64,000 bases of DNA from an uncultured delta proteobacterium (GTDB taxonomy: Bacteria > Myxococcota_A > Polyangia > Polyangiales > Polyangiaceae), in assembly GCA_963850305.1 (NCBI GenBank), contig CAWKKR010000001.1, forward strand, positions 1 through 64,000. The letters are read 5' to 3'. Below, in pieces: positions 19,983 through 29,907 of the stretch (within the stretch, counting starts at the first letter, position 1; each line of letters opens with the position of its first letter). The notes under the pieces are model-generated. The model worked only from the letters and a program-made list of their open reading frames with translations. It was not told the origin of the DNA and did no database searches. The position numbers were made by a program, and so were the translations under genes.

Positions 19983-21506
19983 TCAGGCCGTCGCGACCCC
20001 GATCTGGCGGCGCAGCATGGCGTAGCGATCCCCCGTCGAGAAGACGAGGAGATCCTTCGCGAGCTCACCCCACGTGCCCTCTTCCGCTTCGAGCGTCCGG
20101 ACTGCCGTCGCGAGATCGTTGGACAACAGGAAGCCCGCGCGAGCGGCAGTTTTTTCGGCTCCGGCGCTCCACCTCTGAAGGTTCGTGCGACCGCCCTCCT
20201 CGACGAATCTGAGAAAGTGGCCGCGGAGTGCGTCGATGTGCGGAGGCTCGAGCAGCGGTTCGATCGCTTTTGCGATGGGCGTGACCCGCTGCTTCACGTC
20301 GGCCGCGATGGGCAGGCGCGGGCTTCCGATGACCAGCGCCGCCAGAAACAGGTCTTCGAGGTCGGCAACCGAGCTGAACAGCGTACGTACGAAGTGTTCC
20401 TGCCGATACCAGCAGAGGTGCCGCCCCGCGGTGAATGCCAGCTCGAGCTGGGAGCGCCCCGACAGCGCATCCTTGCCGACGACCGTCGTCGGGGGAACCC
20501 CGGGGATGTGCTCGAAAGCCGCGGCTCGGGTTTTATCGACGTAGATGGGCGGCGCCGCGAGCCCCAGGATCGCTGCAGCCCAGCCAAGTGCGCGCACCGC
20601 CGTCAGGGTCGTCCTCGCGAGGTCTTGCTTCGTGGTCGGATCCGGTTGGCGGAGCTTCTTGTCGCGGCGAAGCGTCGTCACGCGACCGACCAGCACCGCG
20701 GGCGCGATGACGCCGAAGATCTGACCGGTGAGGACTTCCTCGTCCGGATGAAAGAGCTGGTCGTACCAGGCAGACGCCGACAGACTCGCCTTCGGTGCAA
20801 TGAGCCCCGTCGACCGCCGCTCTGCGAAAGCCGCGCTTTCCGCGTCGTTCGCCGCGCCGAGGACGACCAGCGCCTGCGCGGCACACCAGCGACGGTCCGC
20901 GTCGCCACGCGCGTCATGAATGCGGAACAGTTTGCGATACCCTTCGGGCTTGAGCGGATCGCGCCGGAGTCGCCGCCACCATTCGTCAGGGTCTTCGGTC
21001 GCGTCCTCGACGGCGGCGTTCAGATCGCTGAGATCGACCTCGACGTTGACGTTCGCCCGAGCGACGCGCAATTCCTCTTCAAGCTCACGCACGCGGCCTT
21101 CGAGCTGTTCGATGCGCTTCTGGAGGAGCGCGCGGCCCGTGTCGCCCGCATCGGCAATCTGAATCGGCGCGAGCGACGCCGCTGGTTCCTCGAAATGCTC
21201 GACGACACGCACCCGGTGCGTCGTCTCGTAGCTCGCGACCATCGCTTGCTCGAGCCTGAGCAACCGTCGCCGATCGAGGCCGAGATTGTCCGCCGCCTTC
21301 TCCAGGCGAACACGCTCCTCGCTCGTGATCACGCCGTCTTCCAGCGCCTCCGCGAAGAGTTCCTCGTATTGAGTCTCGAGGGGCCCGAGCGTCAGCCCGC
21401 CTGCTTCGGTCCGTACGAACCCTTCTGCGTGTTCGAACACCCCATCACCCTGGCCGACCTCATTTGCCGCGGGAGCGCTCGCTTGATCCGGGGAACCCTC
21501 ATCCAT
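19983..21506 (-). CDS. Myxobacterial helical protein: TerB-like N-terminus, coiled coil, TPR, conserved C-terminal domain
   Basis: ALEDGVITSEERVRLEKAADNLGL; C-terminus LAFTAGRHL...AGFLLSNDL...LRRQIG. Confidence 0.75.
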   Translation of the reverse strand: MDEGSPDQASAPAANEVGQGDGVFEHAEGFVRTEAGGLTLGPLETQYEELFAEALEDGVITSEERVRLEKAADNLGLDRRRLLRLEQAMVASYETTHRVRVVEHFEEPAASLAPIQIADAGDTGRALLQKRIEQLEGRVRELEEELRVARANVNVEVDLSDLNAAVEDATEDPDEWWRRLRRDPLKPEGYRKLFRIHDARGDADRRWCAAQALVVLGAANDAESAAFAERRSTGLIAPKASLSASAWYDQLFHPDEEVLTGQIFGVIAPAVLVGRVTTLRRDKKLRQPDPTTKQDLARTTLTAVRALGWAAAILGLAAPPIYVDKTRAAAFEHIPGVPPTTVVGKDALSGRSQLELAFTAGRHLCWYRQEHFVRTLFSSVADLEDLFLAALVIGSPRLPIAADVKQRVTPIAKAIEPLLEPPHIDALRGHFLRFVEEGGRTNLQRWSAGAEKTAARAGFLLSNDLATAVRTLEAEEGTWGELAKDLLVFSTGDRYAMLRRQIGVATA

Positions 21507-21613
21507 GGCCTCGTCCTCCGAACCACGACTTTCGCCCGCCCCGCCGAATCGTTCAACGAGTGTTTGGCAAACCAGGACGCTCTAGAGGACGAAACGATGG
21601 TAATCGACCCCAG

Positions 21614-22699
21614 ATGCGCCCAAGCACCGCGCCTTCCGCACCTAGTCCCCTGACGTCACCGCTGCGGGCGGCCTTCGTGAGTCTCCTCATCGTCGCGGCG
21701 GGGCGCGCTCACGCGGCGGAAGACGGCGGGGCTCCCTCGCGCGAGCCGGGGACTCCGGCTGCGGCCTCCGTATCGACCGACCAACTTTACGTCGTCGGTC
21801 AACGCCCGCGCCGTGGGGGCCCCGTTCAAGCGTCGGTCGCCGACGAAGACCTGGCGCGCTGGAACGTCGGGGGATCGAGCGATCCAGACCTTCCGTCGAA
21901 CAAGCCGGGCTTCCACCCGGCGCCACGAGTCAAAGTCGATACCGTCGTTCGTGGACCCGCGCCGGAACGCTCGAGCAAGAAAGGGGTGCTCTCGAAGACC
22001 GCCGTGCTCGCCGAGGCTCGGAACCTCGGATACTGGCCATTCCGACTCTGCTTCGAAGCGGGCCTGAGGAGAAATCCGAAGCTCCGCGGGAAGACGCGGC
22101 TTCGCGTCACGCTTCGGCGAGCTGGAAAGCCCGCCTCGGTACGCTTACTCTCGACCGAGCTCGCCGATCGGGAAGCGGCAACATGCCTTGTCGAGCGCGC
22201 ACGCTCTCTCTCGTTCACGCCCGCACCGCGGCGGCGGGTGACCGTGGAGGTGTCCATCGACCTGTCGCACGGTGACGCGCCTCTCCCGGGGATGGACGAG
22301 GTCACTGCCAACCGCGGCGCGACCCCAGACCTACGTGCGCTCTCACGAGCCCTCGACACCCGTCTGCCGGCGCTCGCGCGCTGTTACGCCGATGCGCTGA
22401 AGGGCGACCCCAAACTATGGGGGCGGCTAGGCATCCGGCTCGACGTCGATGCGATGGGGACTGCCCGGACGATCGCGGAAGCAGGAAGCGCCTTCCCTCA
22501 GCAGGCCACTGCGGCCTGTGCCCTCGACGCGATCCGGACGCCGCCGATCTCCGGCGAGGTGCGTGGGCCGCTGAGCGTCGTGTGGGGCGTTCGTTTCGGG
22601 CATCCGCCAGAGAGTGTCGGCCCCCCAGGCGTTGACACGCCGCAAAAAGAGGCGAATTCGAGGATGCCGCAGCCCACGCGCGGGATCGACGGCCCCTGA
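21614..22699 (+). CDS. Exported protein with two AgmX/PglI C-terminal (TonB-like) domains
   Basis: FRLCFEAGLRRNPKLRG and LARCYADALKGDPKLWG repeats; signal peptide ending AHA. Confidence 0.8.
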   Translation: MRPSTAPSAPSPLTSPLRAAFVSLLIVAAGRAHAAEDGGAPSREPGTPAAASVSTDQLYVVGQRPRRGGPVQASVADEDLARWNVGGSSDPDLPSNKPGFHPAPRVKVDTVVRGPAPERSSKKGVLSKTAVLAEARNLGYWPFRLCFEAGLRRNPKLRGKTRLRVTLRRAGKPASVRLLSTELADREAATCLVERARSLSFTPAPRRRVTVEVSIDLSHGDAPLPGMDEVTANRGATPDLRALSRALDTRLPALARCYADALKGDPKLWGRLGIRLDVDAMGTARTIAEAGSAFPQQATAACALDAIRTPPISGEVRGPLSVVWGVRFGHPPESVGPPGVDTPQKEANSRMPQPTRGIDGP

Positions 22700-22842
22700 G
22701 CCGCGCAGGCGAGCCGAAAACGTTCCTTCGTGCGTCCATCCGGTTGCCCGTCACGCGGCGGGCGCGCGGCGCCGCACGCCCTCGAAAGGACGGACGACTC
22801 GCGCGGGACACCGACCCGAGTATTTCAAGGAGGATCGAGGGA

Positions 22843-23823
22843 ATGCGACGATCGCTGCGTCTTGGCTGGACCGTGCCGCTTGCGCTCTGCGCGCTTTCAG
22901 GCGCCGGAATCATGATTGCCTGTGGCGAGAATCCGCCGCCTCCAGCGGCTCAACCGGCGCCCCCGCCGCCACCACCCCCCCCGCCGCCCGACAGGGATGG
23001 CGACGGCATTGCCGATCCCGACGACAAGTGCCCGGACGTCAAGGAGGACGGCCTGCCTCCCGATCCGAAGGACGGCTGCCCGAATCTGGATGCGGACAAC
23101 GACGGCATTCCCGTGCCCACCGATCAATGTCCGGACAAGCCCGAAACGGTCAACGGCTACCAGGACGAAGACGGGTGCCCCGATGAGAAGCCACTCGTCG
23201 AGTTGAAGGCCACCGAGGTGAAAATCAACCAGAAGATCCAATTCGCCAAGGACAAGGCTGCCATCGATCCGGCATCGGAGAACGTCATCGATGCCGTCGC
23301 CAAGCTCCTCAACGAGCACCCGGAGTTGAACCTGATCGAAATCGGCGGACATGCGTCGAAAGAAGGAGGCGAGAAGCACAACGTTCAGCTGACGCAGAAG
23401 CGCGTCGAGTCGGTTCTTGCGGCCCTGCAGAAGCACGGTGTCGACAAGACGCGCATGCTCGCGCAAGGGTATGGTTCGTACTGTCCGATCGATACGGGAA
23501 CGACGGAAGATGCACTCGAAAAGAACCGCCGCGTCGAATTCAAGATCCTCTATCGCGACGGAAAGGATCTGGGTCAGGCGCGAGGCTGCGACGAGGCGAT
23601 CAAGAGGGGCGTGAAGCTCAAGCGCGCTGTACCGCCGAAGATGCCAGCTGTCGCCGCGACTCCCGCCGCTGCGACTCCACCCGCCGCTGCGACTCCACCC
23701 GCCGCACCGCCAGCTCCCGTGATGGCACCCGCTGCTCCAGCGGCAACACCACCGGCGCCGCCAGCAACCGCGCCAGCGGCGCCGCCCGCCCCTGCCGCCT
23801 CCGCGGCAACGCCCCAGCCCTAG
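22843..23823 (+). CDS. OmpA-family lipoprotein with thrombospondin type-3 repeats and an Ala/Pro tail
   Basis: Lipobox MIAC; DRDGDGIADPDDKCP repeats; IEIGGHA, LTQKRVESV, NRRVEF. Confidence 0.92.
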   Translation: MRRSLRLGWTVPLALCALSGAGIMIACGENPPPPAAQPAPPPPPPPPPPDRDGDGIADPDDKCPDVKEDGLPPDPKDGCPNLDADNDGIPVPTDQCPDKPETVNGYQDEDGCPDEKPLVELKATEVKINQKIQFAKDKAAIDPASENVIDAVAKLLNEHPELNLIEIGGHASKEGGEKHNVQLTQKRVESVLAALQKHGVDKTRMLAQGYGSYCPIDTGTTEDALEKNRRVEFKILYRDGKDLGQARGCDEAIKRGVKLKRAVPPKMPAVAATPAAATPPAAATPPAAPPAPVMAPAAPAATPPAPPATAPAAPPAPAASAATPQP

Positions 23824-24000
23824 CGCTCGGCTGGTTCGTTCACGGAGACAATCGGCACCGGAGATCGAGATTGGATCCGTAGCTGGAGTGAACGGTTCGC
23901 TCCGCCTCACCGAACGGGCGGAGCGGACCAAAGTCCACCCAGGCGATCTCCAGGCTACGCGATTGGAGACCCGCTGCGTGGGGCCGTCGCGGACCGCTCG

Positions 24001-24996
24001 CTATCTTGCGCTGGCGTCGGCTCCGCCGGGGCCGCAGGAAACCGTCGTCACCGGGTTACCCGACGCGTCCGACGGCAGACTGCAGATCCCGGGGTGGCCT
24101 CCTAACCTGGCAATATCCGCTGGCAGAGCGACGCACACGAGGCCCGGCGCGCGACACTGACTGGTGCAATCGCACAGCTGTCCGCAGACGCCCTGGTCGC
24201 CGAGATCCGCCTCCGCCTCCGACTGGAAAAAGCACGTCGAATCGAAGGGGCCTTTCGCCGTCGGAGCGTTGCCGCAGCCGATCTGCCCGAGCGTACACAG
24301 CCCCGAACAGATGCCGGCCGAGCTCGCGCCAGCCTCGAATCCGCCCAGGGCAACACAGATACCCGCGCAATCGTTCGTGGCCGCATTCGGATTGCACGAG
24401 GCACCGATCGGGGCCGTGCCCGCCGGAAGGGCCGTCGCGTCCGAACAAAACCCGCTGGACAAATCGCACTTGCGCCCGGCGCAGTCCGAATCCGCCCTGC
24501 ACGTCGGATAACAGACGCTCGTCCCCGTGTCGGCGCCCGTATTGCCAACGAGCTCGGTGCAAGCCAGATCACCTCGCCCGTGGCATTTCGGATAGGAAAT
24601 CGACGACGGCCCGATCTCGCAGCCTTCGAGACAATAAGCAGCCTGGCTACTCACCTGGACGCAGCTAGATGTCGGGTCGTACTTCGCGCAGACGAGTGGA
24701 TCGGCGAGGCAATCGACCGCACAGAGGCCCCCTGCCGGACCAGAGCCGTCGAACGCGGTGCTCGAGACGGGAACGCACGTCACGCCGGCCCCGCCGCAAT
24801 CGGTGCTCGTCGCACAGGCCTTGCCGAGCGCCGTCGCGTTCGGACCAACGATCACGCCGCCCCCCGTCCCGCGCACCTCGGTCGTGCAGGCGACCAGCGC
24901 GGCGCTCATCGCCACGCCGAGTAACCAGCTCGAGACCTCGAGTCGTCTCTTGGCTCCCCGACGACTCCCGGTGGCTAGAAGGCACCCATGCGGCAC
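24001..24996 (-). CDS. Cys-rich (lipo)protein; start uncertain
   Basis: LVAC lipobox; many CxxxxxC/CxxxC motifs typical of myxobacterial surface proteins. Confidence 0.75.
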   Translation of the reverse strand: MPHGCLLATGSRRGAKRRLEVSSWLLGVAMSAALVACTTEVRGTGGGVIVGPNATALGKACATSTDCGGAGVTCVPVSSTAFDGSGPAGGLCAVDCLADPLVCAKYDPTSSCVQVSSQAAYCLEGCEIGPSSISYPKCHGRGDLACTELVGNTGADTGTSVCYPTCRADSDCAGRKCDLSSGFCSDATALPAGTAPIGASCNPNAATNDCAGICVALGGFEAGASSAGICSGLCTLGQIGCGNAPTAKGPFDSTCFFQSEAEADLGDQGVCGQLCDCTSQCRAPGLVCVALPADIARLGGHPGICSLPSDASGNPVTTVSCGPGGADASAR

Positions 24997-25035
24997 GAGG
25001 CGCCGAGGATAGCGCGGTCCCTCGCATTCCGGGAA

Positions 25036-26552
25036 TCAACTCACGAGGGCTCGCGTCCGGCTCCTGGCGTGGTTGCGATGACGACGGCGAAAGAACGTCC
25101 CGAGAAGCGCGAGGACGCTCAGCGCCGTGTCCCCCGGCCGGTTGGTCTCACGGGGGACGGTACAGCCGCACCCTGAGCTACCCTTGGAAGGCAGCTTTTC
25201 TGCATCACTCGTCCCACCGTCACGCACGACGCGCGTGCTTCCAGCGTCCCCGGGGGCGGCGGCGTCGCCAGTTCCCGCATCGCGAGAAGGACAGCGTCCG
25301 GCGTTGAGGATGAAGTCCTGCTGGAAGTTCGAATACCCATAGAAATACGACCCACAAGAGCCTCCGCTGGTACCTTGGGCGCAAGTCTCGAGCCCCACGT
25401 TGCAAATGACCAGCTGGGGCGTGAAGGTCACACCCTCGTCGGTAGACAGTCCGAGAGAGTACCGCGCCGACGTGATGGCCCCAAAATCATCATGGCCGGC
25501 GAGGAGTCCATTCGGCGTCCACGCGAGCCCCCACATCGGATCGGTATTTACGACCTGGAATGCCGCTGCTCCCTTGGTTTCGAGGTCGGCGACGTTCGCG
25601 CGTAGCAATCCGTCGGTCGAGCCACCGATGAACAGAGACGTCGCGTCCGGGGAGAATGCGAAACCCGACAGGTCGCCCTTCGCCTGAAAAATCAGCTTTA
25701 GCGTTTTTCCCGCATCGAACGAGGCGTAGAGTTGATCGAGTCCGATCGCCGGCGTCTGATCCGTGAAATCGAGACGGAAGAACGCCATCTTCGGGTTCGT
25801 GGGATGAATGCCCATGATGCGGAGCACGGGTGGGCCGATGTACGCGGTGGACCCGCTCGCGTCTATCGACGTCGCGGTCGTCCACGTCGCCCCCCCGTCG
25901 CTGGAAGATACGGCCACGCAAGTGGACGAGTCCGCCACCGGGAAACCGCCGACATAAAGCTGATTCGGGTCGGATGGCGCGACGGCGAGCGTACTCGCCG
26001 CGAGATTCCCGGGGAAACCGTCCGGGAGCTCCGTCCAGGAATCTCCCGCGTCGGTAGAATGCCAGAAGAGATTGCTCACCCCGCCGTCGTGACCCGCGTT
26101 CACCGTCACGGCGAGAACCGACTGATCCCCATCCCACGCCCGCGCAACGTCTTGCACGATGCAACTCGCGCCGTCGCAACGACCCGCGGTCGTGAAGAAA
26201 GGGAGCGGCCCGAAATCGCATAGGGACCCTTTCGACCGCCAGACGCTGTTGAAGTCGTTCGCGACGAACGCGTCCCCCCCGGCAGCAGCACGATGCTGCG
26301 CCAATCTGCGGTGATTGAGACTCGCCCGTACGTCTCGGCGCAGAGCCATTGCCACGTGTTACCGCTGTCGTGAGTCTCGACGATTCCCCAGGCGTCCGAG
26401 CGCAGGACGATGTGATTGGGGACGCCCGGTTCCACTGCGACCTGATAGGGCCGCCACGTACCGCCGTGGGCATACGCGGTCGAAACCGCGAGCAGAACTG
26501 CACCGATCGTGAAGCCGACGCCAAGAATTCGCACTCGTTGAACCCGTGCCAC
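25036..26552 (-). CDS. BNR/beta-propeller protein with a MYXO-CTERM sorting signal; frameshift at the C-run ~26274-26280
   Basis: Asp boxes (STDAGDSW, SSDGGATW, SFDAGKT, STDEGVTF) and GCGC-TM-RRR tail; the N-terminus lies in ORF 26106-26621. Confidence 0.85.
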
Positions 26553-26667
26553 GGGATTCCGGCCCGCGCCAGCCTGACGAACGGACGGACTAAACTTACG
26601 TCCCTGCCTTCCAGCAGACAATCGCGCGCTCGTGTGAGCATGATATCCTCGTCGCGGAGGTTATCGC

Positions 26668-27132
26668 TTGGCGTCCATCAAGAAACTGCTCTGCCCCATC
26701 GACTGCTCCGACGGCTCCCGCGTCGCGCTCGACTACGCGTCATTCCTCGCTACACATTTCTCGGCGGAACTACATGCCGTTCACGCTTGGCACGTCAGTC
26801 ATCACGTTCGCCCGGACCTTTACGTATGGATGGAGGCCCACGGGCAGCAACCCATCTCGACGGTCGTTGCCGCCGCTGCAAAGGCCGAGGCTGAAGCCTT
26901 TCTGACGTCCGTCGCCGCCGCGGGTCGAGAAAAGATAATTCTGCACGTGCTCGAAGGCGAGCCCGCTCACACCATCACGGACTTCGCGACTCGCGAGAGC
27001 TTCGACCTCATCGTGCTCGGCACGCACGGCCGAACCGGCGTCGCGCGTCTCGCGCTCGGCAGCGTTGCCGAAAAGGTGGTGCGGCACTCCCACTGCCCGG
27101 TGCTGACGGTTCCGATCCGCAAGAGGCACTGA
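26668..27132 (+). CDS. Universal stress protein
   Basis: KLLCPIDCS, DLIVLGTHGRTG, LGSVAEKVVRHSHCPVL. Confidence 0.95.
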   Translation: MASIKKLLCPIDCSDGSRVALDYASFLATHFSAELHAVHAWHVSHHVRPDLYVWMEAHGQQPISTVVAAAAKAEAEAFLTSVAAAGREKIILHVLEGEPAHTITDFATRESFDLIVLGTHGRTGVARLALGSVAEKVVRHSHCPVLTVPIRKRH

Positions 27133-27220
27133 ATTCACGCTGGACCCGGGCGTTCTATCGAACGCTGTCCTCGAGCGATCCGCTAGCGTCGACCCGTGGA
27201 TCGCGCTAAAGACGCGCCCA

Positions 27221-27294
27221 GGGCCGATAGCTCAGTCGGTTAGAGCTGCGGATTTTTAATCCGTCGGTCCCGAGTTCGAGTCTCGGTCGGCCCA
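27221..27294 (+). tRNA. tRNA-Lys(TTT); CCA not encoded
   Basis: GGGCCGA-TAGCTCAGTCGGTTAGAGC-T-GCGGA-TTTTTAA-TCCGT-CGGTC-CCGAG-TTCGAGT-CTCGG-TCGGCCC-A. Confidence 0.95.
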
Positions 27295-27307
27295 CTAACA
27301 ACTCCGC

Positions 27308-27871
27308 TCAAAGCCCGGTCGGGCCTGATCGAGCACTGACCTGAAAGTCCGGGCACTCCTTCAGGAGCGTGTTGCATGCGGCTGTCGAGACGCCAGCAAT
27401 TGCTGCGACCGGACCACCATCGCCGGCATTCGTGAAGTCCGTGGCAGTGATGCTGTCGCACGCCGCGTAGGAGTTCAGACAAGCCTCGAGGTCGCTGACC
27501 GTTGCCGCACACCCGGAAACGGACTTGCGACACGCGTTCGTCCCGGCGTCGCTGGTGTCCCCCGTCGCACTTTCGCATTTTGTCTCTGCGTCCGAACAGA
27601 CCTTCTGGAGGCTCGCGTTGTCCGTCGGCACGCCAAACACCACCGAGAGGGCTGCTTGCGTGTTACCCACCGCGATGCACGTGCCGCCGTAAGACTGTTC
27701 GGCGTCACACAACTTCTGCGCGTCCGTCTGACTCAGACTCTCCAGGGGCGCGGTCGCCGGAAGGCCACTGGAAAACTTTCCCGGGCTCGTATCGTGAGAA
27801 GTACTGCTGCCGCCGCACGCCGGCGCGACCATTGCGAGGCTCCCGAGGATGAATGACCGCAGACGTGACAT
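27308..27871 (-). CDS. Cys-rich lipoprotein (187 aa)
   Basis: MSRLRSFILGSLAMVAPAC lipobox; aaggag RBS; CxATVxxxEAC motif. Confidence 0.75.
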   Translation of the reverse strand: MSRLRSFILGSLAMVAPACGGSSTSHDTSPGKFSSGLPATAPLESLSQTDAQKLCDAEQSYGGTCIAVGNTQAALSVVFGVPTDNASLQKVCSDAETKCESATGDTSDAGTNACRKSVSGCAATVSDLEACLNSYAACDSITATDFTNAGDGGPVAAIAGVSTAACNTLLKECPDFQVSARSGPTGL

Positions 27872-27968
27872 GACGACTCTCCTTCTTACAGGCAGCGGCC
27901 CGATCCATTCGGGAGCCGCGAGTCCTTTCTCGCATTTCTTCGCCCGAGTTCCGATCTGTTCCGACGTA

Positions 27969-27993
27969 ACCGGGCACGATGCTCGTGCCCGGT
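27969..27993. terminator. 11-bp perfect hairpin downstream of the MNIO operon
   Basis: accgggcacga-tgc-tcgtgcccggt; no clear U-tract. Confidence 0.4.
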
Positions 27994-28083
27994 GCGTGGT
28001 CCAGCCCCCGGTCCGTGCCGTGGGCCCGACGCAATGACGGCTCCGACGACGCCCGATCCGACCCGGCAGGACGTCCAAAAACA

Positions 28084-29019
28084 TCAAAGAATCCGGCTGA
28101 AAAATCCGCACACAATCCATTCTTTGAACCAGACCATGACGCTCCGCTCAGCCTCGGCGAGCTCACCCGGCTCCGATTCGTTGACACCCATCGTGCCGAG
28201 CGCGTCGCCGATCGATCGTCCGGCAAGTAGAGCCTCCAGGACGCGGGTCATGGCCGGGGTGAGGTCCATGCGCCACACGACGAGCCCGCGCCGGTAAACC
28301 GCCGTCGCGCTCGGAGCGGGCCCGGGAATCTCCGCGGGTTCACCGGACACGCGCACCTTCTGGAAGAAAGCATTCACCGGGTGCTGGAAGCGCAGCACCT
28401 GGACGGTACCCGCATCTTCTAGCCGTGCATCGGCGAGCTTGTCGGGCGGCACGGCGCGAAGCGCATCAGGATCGAACGGGTGTCCATCCGGCGCGTGGAT
28501 CGCCTCGACGATGGCCCACTCGAGGCGCGCGAGCTCGCAGAGAAACTCCCTTCTCGACTCGAGGCTCGACGGAGCACCCTCGAGACACCACCGCGCCATG
28601 TGACGCCCGAAGGCGTTCAAGCTGGGAGACGACGACGGGAACCGGTCGATATAACCTGTCGCGAAGGTCTCGAAGCGGTCGGTGCCGAGTGTCTGGGAGA
28701 GAACGGGGTAATCGTCCACGAGGCATTCGACCAGCCGCGCGCGGTAAGCGTCACGATAGATTTCCAGGCGTTCGCGAGCCGATAGGCGCGGCCCGGGCGT
28801 GACCACCAGGGGAGCCGCCTCGGCGTCGCCCTCGGATCCGGAGATCGCCGAGACGAGCCAACGCTCGACGTCATGCAGGCTTCGAGGGCACGCCGCAGGA
28901 ACGTTCAGGTGCGGCTTTGCGGCAATGCGCCGCGCCGCTCGCGCGGGCGTCGCGCTGGCACGCTCCGCGAGCGGGGAACTTCCTTCGTCGACGAGCGGTG
29001 CCGGAAGGCGATCGGTCAC
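28084..29019 (-). CDS. DUF2063-type MNIO partner protein (BufC/HvfC-like)
   Basis: RLEIYRDAYRARLVECLVDDYPVL, LARLEWA; the GTG start overlaps the DUF692 stop. Confidence 0.85.
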   Translation of the reverse strand: MTDRLPAPLVDEGSSPLAERASATPARAARRIAAKPHLNVPAACPRSLHDVERWLVSAISGSEGDAEAAPLVVTPGPRLSARERLEIYRDAYRARLVECLVDDYPVLSQTLGTDRFETFATGYIDRFPSSSPSLNAFGRHMARWCLEGAPSSLESRREFLCELARLEWAIVEAIHAPDGHPFDPDALRAVPPDKLADARLEDAGTVQVLRFQHPVNAFFQKVRVSGEPAEIPGPAPSATAVYRRGLVVWRMDLTPAMTRVLEALLAGRSIGDALGTMGVNESEPGELAEAERSVMVWFKEWIVCGFFSRIL

Positions 29020-29846
29020 GCCGCCTCTGTCGAGATGAATGACTTGGCACGGAGCGCGTCCGCATGCGTTTCTTCGAAGCTCGGGATCTCGGCGTCCCAC
29101 TCGAGCAAGACGCTCGTTTCCTTGGCACGCCGGTACGCTTCGGCGAAGAGGTGCCAAACGGGATCGATCACCGGGCCGATGTGTGTGTCGACGATGTGCG
29201 TCCCGAAATTCGTGTGCCCGGACACGTGCATCTGTACGACTCGGTCGAACGGGATCGCCGCGAGGTAGTCCTTTGCGTCGAACCCATGATTATACGCCGA
29301 CACGTAGATGTTGTTCACGTCGAGAAGCAGGGCGCAATCCGCCTCGTCGGCAAGCGCCGCGAGAAAATCCCACTCGGTGAGCGTCGAGCCATCGAACTCG
29401 AGGTATGTCGACGGATTCTCGAGCGCGAGCGGCGCGCCGAGAAAGTCCTGCACCTGTGCCACCCTCGCCGCTACGTGACGGAGCGACTCTTCGGTATATG
29501 GAAGCGGCAGCAGGTCGTGCGTGTTCTTGCCGACTGCGCCGGTGAAGCAGAGATGGTCGGAGACCCAGCGCGCCCGCGTCCGATCCCGGAGTGCGCGCAG
29601 CTCCTTCAGGTACTCACCGTCGAGCGGATCTACGGAGCCGATCGACAGCGATACTCCGTGAAGGGCCACGGGATAACGCTCGCTCACTCGATCGAGGAAG
29701 TGGAGCGGGCGGCCCTGCGTCTGCATGTAGTTCTCGCTCAATATCTCGAACCAATCCACGGCGGGAGTGTGCTCGAGGATATGGGAGTAGTGCACGGTCC
29801 GAAGACCGAGCCCGATACCCAAATTCGGCAGCGAAAACCGATTCAC
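29016..29846 (-). CDS. DUF692 multinuclear non-heme iron oxidase (MNIO; BufB/HvfB-like)
   Basis: GLGLR, WFEILSENY, HGVSLSIG, SDHLC, DLLPLP, LENPS, LLDVNNIYV, DTH, LLEWD. Confidence 0.96.
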   Translation of the reverse strand: MNRFSLPNLGIGLGLRTVHYSHILEHTPAVDWFEILSENYMQTQGRPLHFLDRVSERYPVALHGVSLSIGSVDPLDGEYLKELRALRDRTRARWVSDHLCFTGAVGKNTHDLLPLPYTEESLRHVAARVAQVQDFLGAPLALENPSTYLEFDGSTLTEWDFLAALADEADCALLLDVNNIYVSAYNHGFDAKDYLAAIPFDRVVQMHVSGHTNFGTHIVDTHIGPVIDPVWHLFAEAYRRAKETSVLLEWDAEIPSFEETHADALRAKSFISTEAA

Positions 29847-29862
29847 GTGAACCTCGACGCCG

Positions 29863-29893
29863 CGCCGAGGAGAGCAAGTCGCTCCCCTCGGCG
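29863..29893 (-). promoter_or_regulatory. 13-bp intercistronic stem-loop between the precursor and MNIO genes
   Basis: cgccgaggagagc-aagtc-gctcccctcggcg; the single A/C mismatch becomes a G-U pair on the sense (minus) strand. Confidence 0.7.
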
Positions 29894-29907
29894 GACGTTA
29901 GAGCATC

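Noticed and set aside
23650..23820. 18-bp repeats as a DNA element
   Set aside because: They are in-frame Ala/Thr/Pro low-complexity coding sequence in the OmpA tail.
26270..26285. Programmed frameshift or phase variation at the C-run, and similar shifts at ~39067, ~42468, ~56015 and ~59930
   Set aside because: Indels are widespread, including in dnaE, so consensus error is the simpler explanation. Phase variation at this one C-run cannot be fully excluded without reads.
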